Below, one piece after another: positions 25,200 through 33,648 of a DNA stretch of 33,648 nucleotides. A program made the position numbers and the translations under genes. Position 1 is the stretch's first letter. Every line of letters begins with the position of its first letter. The stretch lies in contig JBOZIK010000001.1 of NCBI GenBank assembly GCA_051453625.1, forward strand, positions 34,439,858-34,473,505, written 5' to 3'. The notes below the pieces were generated by a model, which had not been told where the DNA came from, did no database searches, and was given only the letters and a program-made list of their open reading frames with translations. This DNA comes from Welwitschia mirabilis. Lineage: Eukaryota.

Positions 25200-25485
25200 T
25201 TAGGGGCATTTATTATATTAATATCTTTTGATGAGGTGATGCCTTTTGAGTAGTTTATTTGATAAAATGCCTCATTTATGAAAATAAATGGCTCAAAAGG
25301 CCTTTTAAGGCGTTTTCGAGAAAAATGCCTTGAAATCCTCTTAAGGTGTTTCTTTTAAAAATACCTAAAAGACCTTTAAAAGCCTATTGGCTTGGTTTTT
25401 TTAAAGCATTTTATAAAGAAATGCCTTAAAAGTATTTAAGGCATTTTTAGGACGTTTTAAGATGTTTTAGAAATGCCTTAAAATC
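25200..25485. repeat. CACTA right subterminal repeats
   Basis: Many copies in both orientations: GGGGCATTT, AAAATGCCTC, TAAGGCGTTTT, AAAATGCCTTG, TAAGGTGTTT, AAATGCCTTA (twice), TAAGGCATTTT. Confidence 0.9.
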
Positions 25486-26445
25486 CTATATTTCTTGTAG
25501 TGTCTCTTACTCAAATGCACTTTAATCATCATCCTTTATTCCACTATTATAATGGAGTAACTTCCCATTTTGGAAATCATTGCATTTCATGATCTACATG
25601 GAAGCTTTGAATAATTTTCATAAATCCATGAAAATCCTTTCAATAGGACCTAAACATGTGCTTCATAAGTATGTCAAATAGGTCAATTTGGCTTTACAAC
25701 ACTAATGTTATAGACATTTTTATTACCAATATTTCATGTGAACTCTATTTTTCTTTTCTCAAGATGATAACTTTTATTCTTATAAAGTGAATCATGAATT
25801 ATGGAGTATGAATTCTTTTACAATTGTACTATTGGTTTCCATGTACTTTGAATTGTTAGTGGCTTAATAATATAAATAAATTGATACATAATATACAAAA
25901 CTAAATTTACAAACATATTATCACACACATTCAAATAAAACTTTATGGTTGTTGTGGAGGCAATATCCATTTTATAATATTTTCTTAGAAAGTAGAAACT
26001 ATAATTAAAATTCTTTATTCCCTTTTGTTTTATTCATTTTTATATGAAAAAGAGAAAAATCAAGTCTAGTGAAACCTTTATGATAGTTAATAATGTGACC
26101 TAGAGCTTTTGAAAATAAGCCTTTATCTATAATCATGAAGTTTTAAATGAATGTATTTTTAGGATTTTATAAAATGCCTAGCTACAAGTATGAGTATCTA
26201 CATAACATTAGTATCAAAACAACGGGAAAATGAGAAACATAGATAGGATTTCAAATTTTTCAATTTAGATCCTTTTACCTTTGTTTTATAGATTGCATAG
26301 AACATATTTAGATCCCATGATGAATAATATTAGAATTTTATATTTTTGATTTTGTTTCTAATAAAAAATCAACTACTATTTGGGTACTATTATATGTTTA
26401 AAATTAAGAATAAATATGTGATTATTAGAATTTGAAAATATTCTT

Positions 26446-26651
26446 TATTATAGTGGATTATGCTTGAACTTAGAAATATTGATTGTAATAGAACACATTA
26501 CTTATTATGAAAGTTAGGCATTCATTATGAAAATGTTTCTCATACTAGTGCAATTGTACTTAATGAAGAGTTAAACTTTTATAAAATGTGATGTGCATTA
26601 ATATTAATATTTTAGCCAATACTAATAAGTTCAAGCATAATATCCTATAAA
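26446..26651. repeat. Fold-back inverted repeat (MITE-like)
   Basis: Perfect 16-bp inverted pair ATTATGCTTGAACTTA (26457-26472) / TAAGTTCAAGCATAAT (26626-26641), extending imperfectly to arms of ~70-80 bp. Confidence 0.75.
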
Positions 26652-27133
26652 ATAATAAATAGACATTACCATTAATAAAGAATCTTTTCATGTTTCTATC
26701 ATTATATTTGTATGATTTTATTTCCAAACATTACCACTAACTAGATAGCAGTTATTTCTAGTAGAAAATTAAATTGAACATTTGAAATGCTGTATAGGTT
26801 ATTAAAGCATCCACATAAAGAAAAAGATAATGTAATGGAGTTACTCTAATTTTGGTTCCTTGTAATTTATCAGTTTATTATGTTTAGTAAGACCACTATG
26901 ATAGATATTTATGAGCATATGTCTTTAATTATGGAATATGAATTAATACATGTTGATAAGGCTCAATACAAATATTATGACAAACATCCATAATTGTTTT
27001 CTTAGTCTTTATGAGTTTTCTTGGGTTTTGTTTCATTTGGTATTTGAATGTATGGAGAAGATAAAAAATCATAAACTTAATAAGAAAAAATAACTTTGTG
27101 TTCTTAAACAAATTTCTCAAAATTATACTATAG

Positions 27134-27279
27134 ATTGCCTAACAAGTAATGTGAGATGGGAGGATGGTATGCATTAGAATCCAACCTCATCCTTAGGTAC
27201 TAGGGAATCCATTCTAGTCTTGTCTTTTAAAACAATAGTTACAATGGGGTAGCTCAAGCCTAAGAATTTTTATTTGAAA
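27134..27279 (+). pseudogene. Unidentified exon-like fragment, probably cargo of the second CACTA
   Basis: CTATAG acceptor and GTAATT donor; CLTSNVRWEDGMH*NPTSSLGTRESILVLSFKTIVTMG*LKPKNFYLK, both stops TAG (possibly from CAG). Confidence 0.45.
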
Positions 27280-27879
27280 GTAATTATGTAACATAATATT
27301 TCTTAATTCTTAAGATGCATAATGTGCTTCTTAAATCTAGTTCATAATATGTTACTAGCTTTCTGTTGCAATTCCTCTCATTTTTGTAAAACAGCCACTA
27401 GTGTTTATATGAAACTAGATGTCTTAGGTAATAAGTAAGAATATGATAGAAATTAGTATTCTTATTTCTAAGATAAACTATCATTTATTTATAATATGAT
27501 CATTTTATCATCTTTTTCTTATGTGTCATCTATGTTGTTATCAAAATGATTAAGAAGTACTAGCTTGTGTTATAGCAAGATTAACATGATTTGGACCTTA
27601 ACATGATTATTTTGGATACCTAGAGCTAAATATACTGAATATTAATGTTAGTGCTTTTTCTTGACTTTTATTAGTAGATGTCTCAAAAAAAATATATGAT
27701 CTAATTAGTGTCTTTTTGACTAAAGATGAATTTTCCTTATTAAAGTCATGTATTAGTGTTTGGTTTATACTATGATATTTTGTGAAACAAGTTTGGTTAT
27801 GTTTTATTATGAAGTAATGGCAACTTTTATTGAACTTCTCAACATCATATTTCTTAAGAGAGTCCTTAAATTGACATTA

Positions 27880-28216
27880 GACTTTTTATGATGTTTTTCA
27901 ATAAACACCCTAAAAATCTAGTTTTATGATATTCTTAAGGCTAATTTAGAAGCATCCTAAAAACCACTTTTTAGGACATTTTCTAGAGTCACTTTAAAAA
28001 TAACCTTTTAGATGTTTTTATAAATGCCCTAGCAAAGATATTTTAAGACATTTTTGGGTGGTTTTTTAGGGTAGTCTTAAAAATGCTATAAACGGTTTAG
28101 AGCAATTATGGAAAAGCTTTCAAAGAATTTTAAAAGCATTGGAAATCATTTAGACAATTTTCAAGGCCTTTTAAGGCATTTTTAAAATACTTTAAGAGCT
28201 CAAATTTCTAGTAGTG
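27880..28216. mobile_element. Orphan right end of a second CACTA of the same family
   Basis: TIR ATTTCTAGTAGTG (28204-28216) preceded by subterminal repeats (TAGGACATTTT, AAATGCCCTA, TAAGACATTTT, TAAGGCATTTT). Flank is AAA; no separate left TIR found. Confidence 0.88.
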
Positions 28217-28399
28217 AAAGAGGTATTCAGCTATGTTAAAGTAGTCACCATTTCAAATAATTCTAATCATATGAAGATGACTATGATAGGCATTGATTAC
28301 ATGAGATATGGATGCAACATTTAAAATTATAAGCCTAAAATTATAACTTAGTTTTTATAGAAGTATTTATAAGGTAGGATTTCTTCCCTAATTGGTCTA

Positions 28400-28700
28400 T
28401 ATTCAACATTAAATTGAACATGACAATAGCTAAGGGTTTGATAAGCATATAAGATAAGCTATCATGATGTTTAACTCCTCACAAAGTATTGAGAAATAGA
28501 TTACCCAAAGATCATCTTCATTAATTGTTGCATTTCAATAGATCTCAAAAATAGCCTTTGGGAAGTAGTTGGTACCATCTTCCTTCAACAAACAATTCCA
28601 ATTTTTTACTTCAATTTTATTAAGATAAAAGGTTGCAAAAAAATTAAAGAATGATGTGAAGATGGATTTTACTAGAAACGGTTCTGTTCTTTCACTTATG
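28400..28700 (-). pseudogene. Athila-type extra (env-like) ORF remnant
   Basis: FFATFYLNKIEVKNWNCLLKEDGTNYFPKAIFEIY*NATINEDDLWVIYFSILCEEL resembles the W..L....YP.LV.EFY.N motif of plant retroelement extra ORFs; lies downstream of the gag-pol remnant at 30670-31900. Confidence 0.45.
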
Positions 28701-29743
28701 ATGGCTTAAAATAACAAAATAGAAGAAAGAAAAAGAAATTTAAATGGAAGAAAAATAAAGGTAAAAGTTAAGAAAGTAAAAAATGAAGTGAAAAATAAAT
28801 AAAATAGAATTTAGATATGAAAACTTGCTTACTAATAAAATGTAAATCAAGAGGAAGCCAAAATAGCACTGTAAGAGGAAGTGAGACATAGAGAGGATAA
28901 TAAATGATGATGCAAGTGAGGGTATATAATAGCATTAACAAAATATAGAAATGTAGGCAAAACAAATGTGAGAAGAGTTGTAGTAGCATGAAGACCATAA
29001 AAACTATGAATGCTTAATGTATATGATTTAGAAATCATAAGTTTATATATAAAGTAGGTGAAATAAGGATCATCATATGACTATATTTTATAAATGGCTT
29101 AGGTTGATTTCATCTTAAATCTAGATATGAATACAGGTCTATTTTTTCATTGAAAGAAAATAAAAATAATTATGTCTTGATATGGATGATGAAAACCAAT
29201 AAAAATGTGATGAAATGGATGAATTAAATAATAAATCCTACTATGCATACTATGAATAAATGAGACAAGATTAATACAAGCTAATGGTCTTATTTCTTTA
29301 TATAATTTTGGGTATATCTTTTACCAAGAAAAAGAAAAGTATAAATCATTAAATACTTGTGAATTCACAACTAGGTACAGAATCATAAATTTAATTGTTA
29401 AAATAATAAATCAAAAGATATCTCCAATTCCATCTTGATTTCATTCCTTTTCCTTCCTCTTTCATTGGCATCTAATTTTTAAGCATTTAGTCACATTGAG
29501 AATTTAATGTTGTGATACTTTCTTCTAACAAATTTAATATGTTATACAAGAAGGATTTTGTGCTACATTACTAGAAAGTGTCTATAACCTCGATGTAGAT
29601 GAATGTATCATAATGAATTATTAAATTTACATTGCCAACAATATCCATAGCTTAATGCAATTAATTAAACCAAAGAAAAATGATTATAAATATGTCCTAA
29701 TATAACTTCAAGACTTTTTTTTAATTTTCTTTTCTCTTTATAA

Positions 29744-29827
29744 TACACACACATGTGCACGCGCGAACGCACACACGCGCGCGTGTGCGCGCACACACAC
29801 ACACACACACCCACACATACACACACA
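29744..29827. repeat. Compound (CA)n/(CG)n microsatellite
   Basis: ACACACACATGTGCACGCGCGAACGCACACACGCGCGCGTGTGCGCGC(AC)n..., almost uninterrupted purine-pyrimidine alternation. Confidence 0.95.
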
Positions 29828-30669
29828 AACACTTCTTAGTCTAATATAGAAGTGATCTCATTTCCATGAATGTTTTAAAATAAAGAAACACAATGGAAGA
29901 AGAAAATCCATCTTTTTCCTTCATTCCAAATTGAAGATCTTTAAATTCATGTAAATCTTAATGAATAACTTAAAAGTTCAAAGGACTAGCCAATAAAAAA
30001 GAAAAAACCTATAAAATTTTAACTGATATTTTAAAACGTAAGAGATCTCTTTATTCATGGATTTAAAGAAAGGCCATTAACTAAGATTAGTAAGTCTCAT
30101 GGATTTACAAGATGATGGAAGAGATAGATGAAATATAAGTAATGAAGGAATATATGAAGGTGATTTGGATGAGTAAAAATGGCTAAAGTATGAGTGAGAT
30201 AAATAGATATAATTAGGGTTTTTAATAAAAATAGCATGCTTAAATAGATGAATGTTTTCCATAATTTAATCCAAGAATTCTAGGGATAGAGTAGATAAAT
30301 CTGATTTAAGCTTATTTGATAATACCAAGTTAGATTTAAAGAATGGTGTGTAATTAATAATGAAAAGGAAATATTTGAATTATTATGGTTTTACAATCAA
30401 AAGAATAACATGGATAACTAGGTAACAAATTAGGCTTAGAAATTTTTTCATAATAAGACTACATACATGAGTTAAAAAAGCTCAAGAAAGGTATTGGAAG
30501 AATACTCATAAGGATTCAAACACCATGCCTTATAAGAGGAATATCCTATTTTGTTCTCTTACTTAACCAATAATTCTTGTAAAACATTTTTCTTTGATGA
30601 AGATATAGATGAACTAGAAATCAAAGAATAAGAAGGGTCATCATCAAAGGCATATATTAAATTCTCAAG

Positions 30670-31900
30670 AGGTTAGTCCACATTAATAGAAGGATTGTTC
30701 TTAATATTAACATATAAATTATAATCCAAAGAATATAGAGTAAGAGGGAAAATGTTTTTCTCATAGAAAGAAGAATCAAGATCATTTACACTTTTAATAT
30801 ACTTGACTCCTTTTAAATCATTAAGTTGTTTTATGATATTAAAGGTATTTAACTTAATACTTATGTTATCAAAGAAAATATTCATTTGATTATTTCTACA
30901 ATTGATAATAGCATTAGAAGTAGTGAGAAAAGTTCTTTTAAACATAATATGAATGATATGACTACTAATATTTTCAATCTTTAAAACTGTAAAGTCCAGA
31001 AGAAAATAGTAATTTTTTACTTAAAAGACCACATNNNNNNNNNNCTACTATACTCAATGATTTTTTTAAAGAATTATTAGCTAATTACAATTAAAGTTTA
31101 GTATTCATAAAATCATTTAAAACAAGTTTCTTATAGATACTATAAGACAAAATATTGACACTATATTTAAGATCTAACAAGGCTTGTTAAAAGTTTATAT
31201 TTTTAATGGTAATAACTATGGTAGGACAGCTTGAATCTTTGTAATTAAGGAGGGTTTTATTTTAAATGATAGTACTAATTCATTAACCATGGAAGACTTT
31301 ACTTTTTATAATCATTCTTATTTTAATAGTGCATAGATCTTTTAGGAATTTAGCATGGAAAGATGCTTATTTAATGATTCTAAAGAAGTGATATTGATTT
31401 TCACTTCATTGAAAATTTTTATTGATTCTTGTTGTTTCTTAGTCAATATATTTTTTCTAATTTATTAAGGGAAGGGTAGGTGTTCTTTATAAGTTAAGAC
31501 GACTTTTTCTACTTCATTAGTCTTCTCTACCTTTTCCTCAATTTTAGGCTTATATTATTGTACTTCTTATTCTAGTAGTTGTTTCTATTTTATCTCTTTG
31601 TTGATTTCTTTTCCACTTCTTAAATGTATGAACTTAGTCTCCTTAATTTATGCATCTTCTATAAAATTAGAACTACTTCCATTAGGCGCATGTGTAGCAG
31701 GAAGCTTTCCCTTCTTATCTAGACTAAGTAATACAAGATAGGTATGATAGATTAACTTCGATATTATATTCCTTATTCTAACCTTTTGTCATTATAAGCT
31801 ATTGATGTGATGTTGAGCTTTTTTAAACTTATGAAATGTAGCCTCTAATGAGTTGAAATTTGGAGAAGGATTTTAACTCTTATGTTAACTAGTTAAGGAA
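30670..31900 (-). pseudogene. Another Athila-like gag C-terminus plus protease remnant
   Basis: PFP..IFNEVKINITSLE..HAKFLKDLCTIK; KDSSCPTI..QALLDLKYSVNILSYSIYKKL..LAN; RTFLTTSNAIINCRNNQMNIFFDNISIKLNTFN. No RT or integrase recognised downstream. Confidence 0.85.
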
Positions 31901-32339
31901 CAACTTCTTGCTACAAGCCGTATTAAGTCTACTTCGTATACAGAGCCTATCGGTGCCTATCTACAGTTGTTGCAGGGATGCAGTGAGTGTACTTGTATCA
32001 GCCCCTGCCAGTAGCTTGTTAATAACAAATTATCTGGATATGTCATAGTCATATAATATAGGTGAGGTATAGGTAAGGTATAACATATGAGACCCTCTTA
32101 GCTAGGTTTATCTTATTTTCATAAAATGTTTGGGTGATTTCTCTATCTAAGATGATAGGTGTTAGAGTAAGATCTTTGATTTTTCCCTAGTCATTCTAAA
32201 GTATTAACTTGTTTCTTTTACTTCCTCTTAGAACATGAAGTATCCACAAGATAAATGTTGTAATGAATAGATGGAGTTATGGGTTAGGAATGATTTCAAG
32301 AGTTTTAATCTTTTTAGAAAGTGTTGAATCTTCTTTTAT

Positions 32340-33648
32340 TAATAGTAAAGTCCTTCATATTTTAAGTGGTTATTAACAATTTTCTTGTATTTCTCTTCCA
32401 CTATTCCATTCTTTGTTATTTTAGTGTAATATGAGTGTATTTAAACCCTTTAGTAGTAATAAAAATTAAGAGGTTAATGTTAAATCACTTTCATTTTTAA
32501 AGGACCTATGGTAGTGGGACCTACCTATTAACTAATAAAAGGTATTAAAGCTACTTACCATATGGCATTGGATGTTGTTGTGATCCTAATTTGTAGGAAT
32601 TTGGTGGTGTGTTTTAAGTGCTTTTGTAGGACATTTATATAGGTTTGGATGTAATATTGATGATTGTGAAGATCTAATAGCGTGATTATTAAAACATATA
32701 ATTCTTAGTGTATTTAGAGTTTTTCTCAAGCTTATTCTATTACTACATATTTGGAAGAGGAATATATTATGCTGAAGGATGATTACCTTTGAAATTGAAG
32801 ATATAAAAGCTTGTCATCCCCTCTAGTATCCCCATGATAGACAAGACAATAGCACTTCTAACATGGATAGAAGCTATGGGATTGATAGTAGATACTAAAG
32901 ATAATGGAGTGCCTTTTGTTATAGGGTGACATCCCCTCTGTTGTCCTCATGATAGTTAAGATGATAACTATTTTTCTATGGTTAGAAAGAATTATCTGTA
33001 TAATGGGGTTAAGCGACCCATTTGGGCTATTAGGGTTTATTTTCTAACTTTTAGGGTTGAGCTTATAGAACTTCAATGTAAAACTATAAATACCATTCTG
33101 CTCTTTCATTTTTATTTCCATCTTTTGTATCAAATGTTCTTATGACAAAAGACTAAAGGAAAAGAGGTCCATCTTATAGCTACAAAGAGGAGTTACCTTG
33201 GTGTTGGGTAAAGTATCCTCCATTGAGGAGCTGTTCCTTTATTGTAAGTGGATGTAAAGTTCTATGATTAATTTAAATACTCTTTTCACTCAAATTTTGC
33301 TTATGTCCCTTATGGTGTAAGTTGGTTATAGTCTACTAATAATTCTATAACTTATTTAGATCATAACAGTAACTTTATTAAGGTTGACTTTGGTTAATTT
33401 AAATTTGCATTATTATTACATTTCCATTCCACATTGCAGTCCATATTCTATTTGGTATATCTCATAGTTCATATTGATTAGAAATAAATTAAGTACTCTT
33501 CTTAATTGATTTGAATTATAGAGAATCTAGTTCTTATGATATAAGGATTAGAATCTAATAGAATTCATTCCACTTCCATTTTCATTTCATCTCCATTCAA
33601 TTTGCATTATATTTTACTTTGTTATTTGCTTTTAGTTATTTAAAGATA
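32340..33648 (+). repeat. LTR of the same family, plus orientation, running off the window end
   Basis: Colinear blocks shared with 7740-9040: GGACATTTATATAGGTTTGG, TCATCCCCTCT..TCCCCATGATAG, CTTGGTG..GTATCCTCCATTGAG, and TTTCA/TTGCA pentamer tracts. Left boundary approximate. Confidence 0.8.

Larger units (their letters stand above)
17923..25502. mobile_element. Non-autonomous CACTA (En/Spm) DNA transposon carrying host gene fragments (Pack-CACTA)
   Basis: Left TIR CACTACTAGAAAT (17923-17935). Right TIR ATTTCTTGTAGTG (25490-25502; rc CACTACAAGAAAT, 1 mismatch). 3-bp TSD TCT at 17920-17922 and 25503-25505. Subterminal AGGCATTT/AAATGCCT repeats at both ends. No transposase recognised. Confidence 0.95.

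Noticed and set aside
17923-25502. Functional CalS, ABCG or RDR genes, or a CACTA transposase
   Set aside because: Only one or two exons of each gene are present, with stops or frameshifts; no TnpD-like sequence is visible and the internal gaps as sized are too small to hide one.
17923-28216. Treating 17923-28216 as the inserted CACTA unit
   Set aside because: Flanks TCT and AAA do not match, whereas 25502 gives a TCT/TCT TSD.
28768-29038. Hydrophobic minus-strand ORFs (76 and 63 aa)
   Set aside because: By-product of the purine-rich + strand in a retroelement non-coding region.

Overview
Very AT-rich, strongly CG/CHG-depleted eukaryotic DNA, most likely from a land plant, in a gappy draft scaffold. 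I found no intact gene; nearly all of the window is decayed transposons. (1) Several copies or fragments of one Ty3/gypsy Athila-like LTR retrotransposon family: five related LTRs in both orientations, degenerate gag, protease, RT, RNase H and integrase on the minus strand, a decayed tRNA-Asp PBS, and env-like ORF remnants. (2) The main finding is a 7.6 kb non-autonomous CACTA (En/Spm) element at 17923-25502 with both termini, 13-bp TIRs, a TCT target-site duplication and subterminal repeats. It has no visible transposase but carries intron-containing host gene fragments (a Pack-CACTA). I recognise two callose synthase exons (CalS9/10-like), two PDR-type ABCG transporter exons and the catalytic-site exon of an RDR1-like RNA-dependent RNA polymerase. 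Several more phase-compatible exon sets remain unidentified. (3) A second, orphan right end of the same CACTA family ends at 28216. Protein identifications come from manual translation and recalled family motifs, not database searches; retroelement boundaries are approximate.
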